From NCBI GenBank assembly GCA_943704415.1, contig CALSCO010001500.1, positions 1 through 32,033 of the forward strand: a stretch of DNA of 32,033 bases. Direction: 5' to 3'. The stretch is from Parvularia atlantis (lineage: Eukaryota). How positions within the stretch are numbered: position 1 is the stretch's first letter; the number at the start of each line of letters is the position of its first letter. The notes below the pieces were generated by a model, which was not told the DNA's origin, did not search any database, and saw only the letters and a program-made list of their open reading frames with translations. Below are positions 1-11,895 of the stretch, in pieces. Both the position numbers and the translations under genes were made by a program.

Positions 1-88
<88 letters not shown>
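1..88. repeat. (TC)n microsatellite, probably inside a DHX34 intron
   Basis: Perfect TC dinucleotide run from the window edge to 88, followed by a CAG acceptor at 113-115. Confidence 0.97.
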
Positions 89-90
<2 letters not shown>

Positions 91-115
91 GCTTACACGC
101 GCGCACACGCCGCAG

Positions 116-3100
116 GTGAAGGAGTACCGCAACGCCGTGCACTTTTTCGAGGACTTTCTGCAGCGTAAGCGGTTCGCGCAGTTGCAAAAGTCGATCAAGG
201 TGCGGCTTCACTTTGCGCGGCAGCCGTGCGCAGGCTGAGACCGGCGCGGCGGGCGCGGCGGACAGGACCGCGAGGGTCTGCCCATCTACGCCTACCGCGA
301 GCAGATCGTCGAGGCCGTGCGCAACAACCCGGTCGTGATCGTCGCTGGCGACACGGGTGCGGCGCGCACGGGTCGTGCAATCGCGTGATAAGACGCGTGT
401 GGCAGGCTGCGGCAAGTCAACGCAGGTGCCGCAATACCTGATGGAGGCGCGCTTCCGGCGCATCGCGTGCACGCAGCCGCGGCGCATCGCCTGCCAGGCG
501 CTCGCGCGGCGCGTGAGCCACGAGAGCCTGAGCGTGCACGAGACCAAGATTGCGTACCAGGTGCGCTTCGACGCGACCGTCGCCGGCAACACGCGCGTCC
601 TGTTCCTCACGGAGGTGCGTGCGTGCGCTCGTGCGTGCTTGCGTGAGTGCTGCGGGGCTGACGCGCGGCCGCAGGGCCTACTGCTGCGCTACCTGCTCGG
701 CGACCCGCTACTCATGCGCTTCGACGTGATCATTGTCGACGAGGTGCACGAGCGGCACATCACGGGCGACTTTCTCATGGCCGTACTCAAGGTGCGTACG
801 TCGGGCTGTGTGCCGTGGCTCACGCCGGGCGCAGTCGGTCGTGGCCAAGCGGCCGTCGCTCAAGCTTGTGCTCATGTCGGCCACGATCAACGCCGAGATG
901 TTTGCGGTCTACTTTGGCAACGCGCCCATCATCCAGGCACGCGGCGAACGTGGCTGCAGCGCACGGGCGGCTGACGCTGCGCCGCCCAGGTGCCCGGGCG
1001 CATGTACCCGGTCACGGTGGAGTACGTACCGACGACCGAGGACCTGGACCTGCTGAGCGAGCGTAACTTCCAGCAGCGCGTCGAGGGCAACTTCAGCGTG
1101 CGCACCGGCCGTCCGCTGCTTGCGGCTTGACGTTGTGCACGCTGGCGCAGACGTCTGTTGTCGCGCGGCCCTCGAAGATCAACTCTGGTGCGACGGCACA
1201 GCGGTCCACGCGCCCCGTAGTGCTCACCGAGCGCACGGGCACGCGCCGCAGAGCCGTACCTGAAGATCCTCGAGCGCATCGACCAGGAGTACCCGGCAAC
1301 CGAGCGCGGTGACATGCTCGTGTTCCTCTCGGGCATCAACGAGATCTCGTTCCTTGCCGAGGAGCTGCGGCCGTACGCGGGCTACACCAAGTGTGAGACG
1401 CGATCGCCGCCGCTCCGCCTCACGCGCACGCGAACGCACGAGTAGGCGCTGGATCATCCTGATGCTGCACAGCTCGCTGTCGGTCGAGGAGCAGGACAAG
1501 GTGTTTGACATCGCGCCCGACGGCGTGCGCAAATGCATCCTGTCGACCAACATCGCCGAGACCTCGGTCACGATCGGTGTGCGCGCGCGCGTGCACGCTT
1601 CACAGTTTGGTGCCTGACGCGCGAGACGCCAGACGGCATCCGCTTCATCATCGACTCGGGCAAAGTCAAGGAGATGGGACATGAGTCGGAGACGCAGCTG
1701 ATGGTGCGTGTGCGCCCGCGCAGCGCGTGCTCGTGCCTGACACCCGTTCGCAGAAACTGCAAGAGTACTGGATCAGCAAAGCCTCGGCACAGCAGCGCGC
1801 GGGCCGCGCCGGGCGCACCGGGCCGGGCAAGGTGGCCGCGAGCGCGCCTGCTCGTCCGACCGCGCTCACACGCGCCCGCCGCTTGCACGCACCCAGTGCT
1901 TCAGGCTGTTCTCGCTGCGCGAGTACGACCACCTAAACCCGTACGCCGTGCCCGAGATCCTGCGCGTGCCCCTGCACTCGCTCATCCTCCAGATCAAGTC
2001 GCTCAACATGGGTGACCCGCGCGCGTTCGACCTCGTGCAAGTGCGGACTGCGCGCGTGCGCACAGCGTCACGTCTCATCGCTTGCACCTGCAGAAGCCGA
2101 GCTCGCCCGTGATCGAGGGCTACGTCGATTTTCTCAAGACGCACGGCGCGCTCACGCCCGACGAGCGCCTGACGCCGCTCGGCTACACGATCTCGCTGCT
2201 GCCCGTGGACTTTATCATCGCCAAGATGCTGCTGCTGGGCATCGTGCGTTGAACCGCTGTCGTGCGCGCTCGCCTTCACGCGCCGTCGCAGGTGTTTGAC
2301 ATGGTCGACCCGACGCTTACCGTGGCTGCGGCGCTCTCGGTGCAGTCGCCGTACGTGCGCCTGACCGACGACACGTCCGAGGCGCTCAAGGTGCGCACGG
2401 AGCGCGTGCAGGCGACAGCTGACGCGTCGACACAGAATCGCCAGGCGTTCGAGTCTGAGCACGGCGACGCATTCACGCTGCTCAACGTCGTCGACGAGTG
2501 GGTCGCCGTCAAGGCCGCGCGCGTGCGCGCTCGCAGTGCGCGCTTGCACCCGCCTCTGCTCACGGCCGGTGCAGGACCCCGGGCGTGCGCAGGACTCGTC
2601 GCGCGCGTGGTGCCGCCGCCACGGGCTTGAGGAGCAGCGCTTGTACGAGATCGCCAAGCTGCGGCGCCAGTTTGAGTCGGTGCTGGGCGAGAACAGGCGC
2701 GTGGCTGTACTGCGCCGCTGTGTGGCGTGCTGCTCAACTGCCCGGCCCGCAGGCTGCTGTCGGAGCGCGAGCACGCGACGTTCTTCGAGCGCAAGCGGCG
2801 CCACGCGGCCGACGTGCGCAAGGGGGGCAGTGTGACCGCGGCGGCGTGGTGCTGAGTCTAGCACTGCGCGAGCAGCGCGACGACGACGACGACCCGTCCG
2901 ACCACCGTGTCAAGCGGCAGCTGATACAGCAGGCGCGCATTGCGCAGTCGTCGCGCAAGCGCCGCTTCTTGCAGATGGACGGCTCGGAGGTGCGGCCTGC
3001 GTCTACCGCTATGCGTCTCACCGTGCGTGAAGAACCTCGACGCCAAGGTACTCGAGGCCGAGCGCAAGGCGGCGGCAGCCGCGGTCGCGGTGGCCGCAGC

Positions 3101-4947
3101 CGCAAATTCGTCAAGTGCGTTCACTGCTGCAACTGTGCATGCCCGCGCTCACGCTGCCTGCGAGCAGACAAGGCGCCTGTGGTGGACCTGGCCACGGTTG
3201 ACATCCGCGACCTCGACTTTCACCTCACGCACGACATTGAGGAGCTGCAGGCCAACGCGGTGCGTCATGCCCTCCTTCGCTCAACCTCGCTCAGCGCCAC
3301 GCGCGCGTCAACAGGCTGCGCGCAAGCGCTTCTCGACGTGGGAGATCGACCTGCTCAAGATCATCATCTGCAGTGGTGCGTGCGTGCGCTCGCGGGGTGT
3401 GTGCGAGTGGGCTGAGCTGGGGGCCGCGCCCCAGGGCTGTACCCCAACATCGCGATCGCGGACGAGGGCAACATGAACCGCAAGAACTCGGACCTGGTCT
3501 TCCACACGGCGCGCAAGCGCTTCGTTGTGCTGCACCCGACGTGCGTTTTCATCGGCAAGCCCGCGCTCGTCACACCGCAGCGCATCTCTGACGGTGCGTG
3601 CGCCACAACGGGCCTGCGGCTCGCCTCACGCATCACGGCGGGCGCGGCCGCGCAGACCAGCACCGCGCCGAGCTGTTGTGCTACCAGCAGCTGCTTGAGA
3701 CCACCAAGCCGTTCTTGATGAACCTGCAGCGGCTGCCGGCGCTGCAGACGTGCCTACTGTTCGCGCGCAAACGTGAGTGAGCGTTCAGGCGTTGGAGGCG
3801 GCCCTGACTTGCTGTTCGTGCACCCGCACAGTCGAGACCGACGACAGCGGCACGCGCCTGCTTGTGGACGACTGGCTAGACGTGCAGCTGGCCGACGCGA
3901 CGGTCCGTCTGTGTCTGGCCGTGCACGCATTCGCTCACCCGTGCGCGCGCATGCAGGAGGCTGCCGCGCAGCTCGTCATCAGCCACCGTTTCCGGCGGCT
4001 GTGGCAGCAGATGGTTGACCGCAAGGTGGCGCGCGCGGCCAAGGTGCGCACGCCAGTCGCGAGCACCACCGGCAGCGCGCTTACACGGTGCGGGCACGCC
4101 AGCGCATCTGGCCGTCATCGGGCGTCGAGGAGTCGTTCGCGGACTTGTCGGCCGTTTACGATACGCTCACGCCTGCCGTGCCCGAGGCGGGGGCGAGCGT
4201 GCCGCTGCCCGATATCCTGCCAGCGTGGATCGGGCAGATCCGGCGCGAGCTTCACGGCAAGGGCGACGAGGTTGCGACGGAGGAGCTGTCGCGTGCGCGC
4301 GGCGTGTGCAGCACGATGCGGCGCCGTGGCTGATCGACGAAACAAAAAACACAGGCAAGCTGTGCGAGTTCCTCGAGAGCCGGCCGCGGTACCGGCTCGA
4401 CGTCGTGCGCGCAGAGAACGTGGCCGCGGCGCACAAGCCCGACAGCGTCGGCACGGGGCCCGAGGGCGCACGCACCGTCGTCCGCCCGGGCCTGCAGGTG
4501 ACGACGTATCTGCGCTACGGCAGCATCAAGCCGCCCGAGGGCGAGGACGCGCGCGCCCGCGGCTACCTTGGTGCGCGTCGCGGACTGCTGGTTGTCATCG
4601 GCCGTGCTCACGGCGACACGGGCGTGCTGCTCAGACCACATGCTCAAGTGGTTCAAGTGCCCTACGTGCGGCGTCGAGATGATGGTCGACCGCGCCAAGC
4701 TGATGCAGCACCTGGACCAGTGCCAGCAGCGGCAGGCGCAGCGGGTGGCGGCGGCGGGCGCGGCACGATCGGCCTCGGAGCGGTGCGGCTGCGTTCAGTT
4801 TCGCGCGTGCGGCTCAACACATCGTACAGGGCCGGCACGCGCGCTTACACCTGCCCCGACTGCCGCCAGACGCTCGAGCTGACGCCGACCGAGATCCTGC
4901 GGCACCGGCGCACGCACGCGCCGCCCGAGACCGATGCCGCGCCGTAA
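116..4947 (+). CDS. DHX34: DEAH-box RNA helicase, DHX34/SMGL-2-like; more than 25 exons, 5' end outside the window
   Basis: Spliced translation gives [15 protein letters not shown] (motif I), [29 protein letters not shown] and [14 protein letters not shown]2/OB regions follow ([40 protein letters not shown]). Two C-terminal zinc-finger-like motifs ([25 protein letters not shown]) resemble the DHX34 C-terminus. Stop TAA 4945-4947. Confidence 0.9.
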
Positions 4948-5016
4948 CTGTACTTATCACATGTAATCATCGGCAGTTTGCGCGAGGCACACAGCAGGAC
5001 CGAGGCAGCCCGCAGC

Positions 5017-6274
5017 ATGTCCGTGCGGGCCAAAGCCGCGTTCGCGCGGGCCGCTGACCGGGGAGGCCGTGCGTCGGCTCGCGGCCGTGCACAGGGACGT
5101 TGACGCGAAGCCCGCCGAGCCCGCCGTCGCCGCGAAGAAGGACGAAGGCGCTGCCACAGCGCCGACGACAGCCGACGACAAGGCCGTCGAGAGCAGCAGC
5201 AAGGCCGCCGAGGGCAACAGCAAGGCCGCCGAGGGCAAGCGTGCGTCGTCGCGTAGCCGCTCGCGCAGCCGCAGCCGCAGCCGCAGCCGCTCGCGCAGCC
5301 GTGGACGCAGCCGCGGCGGCCGCTCGCGCTCGCGCTCGTTCAGGTTGCGTTCGCGTTCGCGTTTCGCTCGCTTGCGTCGCTCAAAGTGCGGCCTCCTCGT
5401 CGCAGCTCGAGTCGGTCGCGGTCGCCGCGCGGTCGCCGGTCGCGCTCACGCTCGCGCTCGCCGTCGCCGCCGCCGCCGCCGACCAAGCTGCTCGTGTCGC
5501 GGCTGACGCGCAACGTGACCAAGGACCACCTGATGGAGATCTTCAAGCGCTACGGCAACATCAAGGCCATCGACCTGCCGATGGACCGGCGCAGTGCGTT
5601 CTCTCGCTTGCTCGTGCCCTGGCGCATGTCGATGCTGATGATGCCGCACGCGCGCGCCGCACAGTCGACAGCCACCGCGGCATCGCGTACATCGACTACG
5701 AGACGCGCGCCGACGCCGAGAAGGCACTCGAGCACATGAACGACGTGCGTGCGCTGCGTGGCGCGCCGTGCCCGAGCAGCCGTGTGACCGGGCGTGTGCG
5801 TGTGCGTGCGCGCAGGGCCAGCTGGACGGCAACGTGCTCGTGTGCTCGTTTGTGCTGCCGCCACTGCCGCGCCGGCCAGGTGCGAAGGCCGGTCGCGCGC
5901 GCTTGTGCGTGCCGCTCACCGCCTCGTGCAGTCGTGCAGCCGCGCCGCTGGTCGCCGCCGCGCTACGGCCGCCGCCCGCCGCCGCCCCCGCCGCGCTACG
6001 GCGGTCGTTTTGGCCGGCCGCAGGGCTTCCGGTGCGCGCTCTCGCGCGATCGCCCTCCGTGCACATGACTGACTGTCCGTGCGCCTCCGTGCGCCAGCTC
6101 GCCGCCGCGCTACCGCTCGCGCTCGCGCTCGCGCTCGCCGTACCGGCGCGGGTGCGTGACAGTGTGCGCACGCATGCACTGCCTTGCTGATCCCTGGTCA
6201 GCCGCAGCCGATCGCCGCGTCGGGGCCGTTCGCGGTCGCGGTCGCGGTCGAGCTCGTCGCGGTCGCGCTCGTGA
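5017..6274 (+). CDS. RNPS1: RNA-binding protein with serine-rich domain 1 (EJC/ASAP component); multi-exon
   Basis: RS-rich N-terminus, then RRM PTKLLVSRLTRNVTKDHLMEIFKRYGNIKAIDLPMD..HRGIAYIDYETRADAEKALEHMNDGQLDG closely matching RNPS1, then an R/P/S-rich tail ending TGA 6272-6274. The first exon junction is ambiguous (see findings). Confidence 0.88.
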
Positions 6275-6704
6275 CGATGCGGCCGTGGCGCTAGAGGTGT
6301 GTCGTTCCCGCGGCGTGGCGTCGTTCGTGTGCAGCCGCGTGCCCTCACTCCCTTACCCCGTACCCGTGTCGCAGCCTGTGTCTGTGTGTGCGCCTGTGAT
6401 TGGCTGGGCAGGCTGCGCGAAACGTGTTGCAGGTGTCGTCTGGGCGGCGTCGGCCCGAAGCGGCGATCGTGGCGCCAGGTCGACGGGCACTTTTCCTCCC
6501 TCCCGCATCGCGCCCGTCTGCTGCCGGCGCGCGCCCGCTGCCTCTCAGCCGCGCCCCGTTTGCTCGCAGCCGCCCGCCGCAGCCTCGCAGCACCTCGCCT
6601 CGCACGGCCCCGCCACAGCTCGCCGCAAGCCCCAAGCCACTCGCACGTGCGTCGACGGGCCGTGGCCGGCTTGGCGCCAAGTTAAGCGCCGTCGCGTTTG
6701 TAGC

Positions 6705-7235
6705 ATGGTCCTGCTCAACACCGCGCCCATCGAGCTCAAGCCCGCCGTCGCTGACACCGACGCACACCTCAAGCCCGCCGCCGCCGAGCTGCCCGCCGAG
6801 CCCGTCGAGCCCGCCAACCTTGTCGATGTCGACGTCAACGCCGGCGGCGCCGACCGTCCCGGCGCCATCGAGGTCGCATCCGCGCCCGCCGCCGCGCCCA
6901 AGGCCGAGGCCGCCACCGCTCCCGCGCCCGTCGCCGCGGCCGTGACCAAGCCGGTCGTAGATGAGGCCGTCGTTGACGAGGCCGCCGCGTTGCCGTGTGG
7001 CGCCAACGACGTGCCGTCGACCCAGCCGACCCAGCAGTGCATCCCGGCGTCGCAGGAGCCCGAGCCCGCCGCGGTCGACGCGCCCGAGGGCGGCAAGCGC
7101 GCGCGCATCGAGCCGGCCGAGGACTGCGTCGACGCGCACCCGGCCAAGGCGGCGCGTGCGGACGAGGAGGAGCCGGCGTCGGCCGAGCTCGTGGCCGTGG
7201 CCATCCCGCTCGACGGCGCCGCCTCCGCGGCGTGA
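6705..7235 (+). CDS. Hypothetical Ala/Pro/Glu-rich low-complexity protein (~176 aa, no intron in CDS)
   Basis: ATG lies one base after a TAG acceptor (probable 5'UTR intron ~6647-6703). The open frame has coding-like GC3 bias and a possible NLS (GKRARIE). No domain recognised. Confidence 0.6.
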   Translation: MVLLNTAPIELKPAVADTDAHLKPAAAELPAEPVEPANLVDVDVNAGGADRPGAIEVASAPAAAPKAEAATAPAPVAAAVTKPVVDEAVVDEAAALPCGANDVPSTQPTQQCIPASQEPEPAAVDAPEGGKRARIEPAEDCVDAHPAKAARADEEEPASAELVAVAIPLDGAASAA

Positions 7236-7855
7236 GCGTGCGTCCGCGCACCTCGCCCGGCCCCGCCCAGCCCATCTCCGCCTCGCCGCAAGCTCGTCCC
7301 TCGTGATCGTTCGTGTGTCTCGTCTGGTGTCCAAGGCGCATGGCAACGGGTGATCGTGATCGGTCGCTAGGCGCCCACGTTACCACAAACACAGCCACGT
7401 GGCGCGCCATCTCGTCATGCGGCGACTTCTTCCTTGGGGGCCGCGTGGCGCCTCTGTCGTGCTCTTCTTGCCGCCGGGGAGGCGCTGTGCGCGGCTGTGC
7501 ACGCAACCGTGAGGCGGCCCTGTCTGCGCTTTTGTTTTTTTCGCGGCGGCGGTGTGCTGGGCTCGTCCGCGTGATTTTACGGGGGGCCGCGTGGCTTCTC
7601 GCGCAGACGCCACCCCGCGTGGCTTCGCCGCAAAACCGCGCCCCTGACGCGTGCGCACGCAGACTGCGAGCCCTCGTTCAGCCCCGCGCCCGCCACCACG
7701 ACACGGTGACCCTTCGCCCGACGCACGTGGCCTCCGCGTCATCCTTCGTCGTCGCCACGGCACCGCGCGGCAGCAGCAGCAGCAGCGGCTTCGCGGCCAC
7801 GGCGCCGTCGAGCTTTGCCCACGGCGCGGCGGTGCAGCAGCACCACCAGCAGGCG

Positions 7856-8983
7856 ATGCTGCGGGCCCCGTCGTCATTGCCGCTGGTCGCGAGCACGGGC
7901 GGGACGGGCGGCGGTAGCGGTGGCGGCGGCGGCAGCATGCTCATGCTCGAGGAGGAGGCCGGGTCGACCTGGGGCGACCCCTTCTTCCCGTCCAACGACA
8001 GCTTCCCCGAGCCGATGACGCGCGCGCGGTCGGATGCGCTGCATCCGCTGCACCCGGGCGCATCCTCGTCGTCCTCCTCCGCCGTCAGCCCGCCCTCGAC
8101 GCCCGTGCAGATGCCGCAGATGACCGTGGCCAACGGCAGCGCGTTCCTCGCCGGGCCGTCGACCTACTCCATGCCCGATCTGGCCCTCCCGCCCACGGCG
8201 CACTCGTCCGGCCGCTCGTCCGTCAGCGCCGACGACCTCAACCAGCCTGCGCACATTTTCGGCGTGCCCGGCCTGGGCAGTGCGAGCAGCGTCAGCCGGT
8301 CGATCCCGCTCAGCAGCTCGCCCAAGCCCATCACGACGCCGCGCGGTGCACACCCGTACGCGGCCGTTGCAGGCAAGCGGAGATCGCGCGCGACGAGCCG
8401 CAACGGTGTGACAGAAAAATTTCGCTTGCTCCCCTGTGACTTACACTGGGTTCGGCAGGCATCGACGACGACGACTCGCCGCAGTCTTACGACGAGGAGC
8501 GCCGGGTCGCGCTTGACGCCAAGGTGCGCGTTTGGCTGATGCCGATCCTCCGAGCGTCGCGTGCTCACCCGACGCGGTGCGCGCACGCAGGACTACCTTA
8601 GCCGCCGCGGAAGACGCAACGCGATCGCGAGCCTCGCCGACCAGCGCAGCCGCGCGGACGTGCACATGGTCGGGAGCCCGCAGAGCCTGCCGACGTGGCT
8701 GCAGTCGAGCACGCGGCCGGGCGGGGCCGGGAACGTGGCCACGGTGCCGTCGACGATGCCCTCGGGCGGGATCACGCGCGGCTTCTTCGACGTGGCCGTC
8801 GTCGCGCCGGTGCCGGCGGGCGTGCACTTTGGGACGTCGCTGCCGCAACCGGCGTCGGTGCTACTCGACCCGGCGGCGATGAGCCGCTTCCACCACCCGT
8901 ACTACAACGTGCCGTTCTTCGGGCACGCCGAGAGCGACGACAACCTTGAGGAGCAGTTCCGGCACTGCAAGGTCGGCGAGTAG
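7856..8983 (+). CDS. Hypothetical Ser/Pro-rich disordered protein with a PKI-like pseudosubstrate motif; start uncertain
   Basis: Exons ~7856-8405, 8459-8524 and 8591-8983 are joined in frame by GT-AG introns. Stop TAG 8981-8983. The frame is open further upstream, so the true start may be earlier. Confidence 0.55.
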
Positions 8984-9281
8984 CCCCTCACGCCGCGACG
9001 CGCCCACGTCTGCACGCACTCGATCACTGCCATCAATAGCAAACTGCGCTGTCTTGGCCCCCCCTCCCCGCGTCTCCCTCCCCTCCCCGCTCTTGCTGCT
9101 TGTTGTCTTTGCGCCTCCCATGACATTATTTATCGCCGAGAGCGCCTGCAGACAGGCGCCGACTGGGAGGTCGCCCACGTGGTCCGATCACTATCCGTGA
9201 GCAAGCGGTGCGGCATCGGCGCGTGACCAGCAGGGCCGTGCTCACGAACCGCGACTCGGCGCAGTGCACCACACAGCCTCA

Positions 9282-10350
9282 ATGGCAGCAGCTCTCGCGC
9301 GGTCAGTGCGCGCGGCGTGCGCGGCGCCGTCGGCCGTGCGCTCGTTTGCGACGACGGCGGGGCGAGGTGCGCTGCGTGCGGCGCGTGACGAGGCATCCGC
9401 CTGAACGGCGACGCCGCAGGCCAAGCCGCGCAACCCGGCGCGGCGCAGCAGGCCGGGACGGACGCCGGTGCGCCGTCGTCGAGCAGCGTGGCTCCGCTCG
9501 CGTGCTCACACGCAGAGCGCGCGCGCAGCCAACCCGCTGCACAGCTACGCGCAGTACCTCGTGAACGTTCTGCCCAAGTTTGTGCAGCAGACGTACGTGA
9601 GCCGCAACGAGCTCACGGTCTGCGTCGCGCCCGAGCACGTCATCCCCGTCATGACGTGCGCGCAGTCATCCGCACACTGCCGCGTGCTGACCCGTGCGAC
9701 GCAGCTTCCTGCGCGACCACACCTCGTCCCAGTTCAAGCAGATGGTCGACGTCGGCGGTGTCGACTGGCCCGCGCGCCCGTACCGCTTCGAGGTCGTGTA
9801 CAACATGCTCAGCCACCGGTACAACTCGCGCATCCGCGTCAAGACGTACTGCAACGAGACCACGCCCGTGCCCTCGGTTACGCCGCTATTCTGGTGCGCG
9901 TCACGCTCGCGTTTGCGCCGCTGTATGTGCGGTGACTGAGCGTCGCCGCACAGGGGCGCCAACTGGTTTGAGCGCGAGGCGTGGGACATGTACGGCATCT
10001 TCTTTGTCGGCCATCCGGACCTGCGCCGCATCCTGACCGACTACGGCTTTGAGGGTGCGCGTTGCGTGTGCCACGGCCGTGCGCGCTCGAGCTGACCCGT
10101 GTGTGCGCACAGGCCACCCGCTGCGCAAGGTGCCGCGCGTGTGCGTGCTTCTTGTGCGGCGTGCGCGCTCACCCCTGCCTGCGCGTCGCAGGACTTCCCG
10201 CTCACGGGCTACGTCGAGGTGCGATACGACGACGAGCTGAAGCGCGTGGTCGTGGAGCCGCTCGAGCTCACGCAGGAGTACCGCAAGTTTGACTTCCACT
10301 CGCCCTGGGAGCAGCTCGAGGGCGGCGTCAAGAGCAAAACGCAGGTGTAG
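9282..10350 (+). CDS. NDUFS3: NADH:ubiquinone oxidoreductase 30 kDa subunit (NDUFS3/Nad9/NuoC), nuclear-encoded with mitochondrial presequence
   Basis: N-terminus [25 protein letters not shown] is Arg/Ala/Ser-rich. Conserved core [106 protein letters not shown]. Includes a 17-nt micro-exon at 10113-10129. Confidence 0.96.
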
Positions 10351-10580
10351 ACGGGGGCGGTGTGCGCGAGCGGCGCTGGGGGGGTTCTGCTCGTTGTGTG
10401 CACGTGTGCCTGTGTCCGTGCACGCGGGATGTGCGGATTCTACGTTTGACAGGCGGCTCGCGCGAGATACAATGCGCCTCGCGCGGGAGGCGAATGACAG
10501 GGGCGTAGATGGGTTTAAGGGGCAGATGAACAGTGTGTGCATTGCGTGCGTGCAGTGACGAGCGGCGGGTGCGTAGTGTG

Positions 10581-11409
10581 TCAGTGGTGCAGCGTGGCCT
10601 GGCTGGGCGAGTCGCCCTTGATGGGCGTGAGGCGGATCGTCGCGACCGGCTGCTGCAGCCGCCCGCGGCACGCCGTCGCGTAGTACTGCTCGGCGTAGAT
10701 CTCCTGCCAGAACGGGAGCCCTGTGCGCGCGCACTCGTCAGACGGACCTGCTGCCTTTCCTGCGCACGCGCGGCGCGCACGCACCTCGCCGCCGCGGCAA
10801 GTCTGGCTTGAGCAGGGTTGACGTGCGGTGCTGGCGGATCTCGGCGAGCAGTTGCGGCGGCGGCGACTGCCGCCCGGCAGAGCGTGCGCGCGCGCTGGCC
10901 GCGGCGGACCCGGTGGCCGGCGTGGCGCTCGCGTAAGCCGAGAGCGGGCGCAGCGAGGCGACGGCGAGGCTGACGGGCGCGGCCTGCGGGCGGAGCAAGG
11001 GCGAGGTTGTGGTGGACGACGCGGCCGACGTGGCGCTCGGCGTGCCCGCAACCGACGTCGGCGTCGACATGGTCATCGTCCACATGCGCAGCGCCGAGGA
11101 CGCCGTCCCGCTGGCCGCGGCCGTCGCGGCGCCGCGCGGGCTGAGCGGGGCGAACGCGGCCAGGTCGACGCGGTCCAGGAACGACTCGTCGAGCGCGTCA
11201 ACCTCGTCCTCGCCGGCCGCGGCGCCGTCGTCGCCCGCGCCGGCGTCGGCCGTGTCGAGCTCGAGGTCGCGGCGGCGGCACTCGACGCTGCAGTAGACTG
11301 CGGCGCGTCACCCGAATCAGCACGTGGCCGGAACCAGGGCGCGTCACGGTGGCGCACCGCGGTCGCAGCGGCGCCCGCAGGCGATGCACCAGCTCAGGTC
11401 GACCTCCAT
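10581..11409 (-). CDS. Ecl1-like zinc-finger protein (CxxC-x6-YCSxxCR type) with a low-complexity tail; 3 exons
   Basis: Spliced N-terminus MEVDLSWCIACGRRCDRVYCSVECRRRDLE resembles the fungal Ecl1/2/3 zinc-binding motif (also FCS/FLZ-like). Two in-phase GT-AG introns. Stop TGA at 10581. Confidence 0.6.
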
Positions 11410-11895
11410 GCACCGTGAGGGGCGCGGGACCGAGGCGGGTGGAGCAGGCCAAACGGGAAGTGCAGGCCGAATGACCTCTCTGCGCCTGAAATGTGCGTGT
11501 GACCACAAAGCGCGCCGATTGGTGCGATGCCTGATGTGATCGGGGGCCCACGTGGCCCACACGTGCGCATCTACAGGCGCTGCGTTCGTCACCACACGCT
11601 GTCGCACGTGCGCACACAGACGCGACTGATGGTTGTTCACGCGCGCGCGCGCGCGCGGGTCCGGTAGTTGAGGCTGGCGCGGGCGGACGGGCGCGCCGGT
11701 TTGAGCCTGCGCCGGGTGCGCCGTCCGATCGCGCGACGCACATCGCGAGCGCGCGCTGCTGCAACTCCTTGACCCGCGCAACGATCGCGCTGTCGTCCGT
11801 CGACGCACCCCAGAAGTGCCGCAGCACCGCGGCCGTGCCCTTGTCGGCTCGAAGAGTGCCGGAAACATAGAATCATTGCAGTTCAAAAGTTAAGT

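Noticed and set aside
2514..2574. GC donor after GTCAAG in DHX34
   Set aside because: An in-phase GTGCGC donor lies 9 nt downstream and explains the intron.
8373..8458. GC-AG intron starting GCAAGC at 8373
   Set aside because: A GT donor at 8406 gives the same phase and a typical 53-nt intron, so it was not counted as GC-AG.
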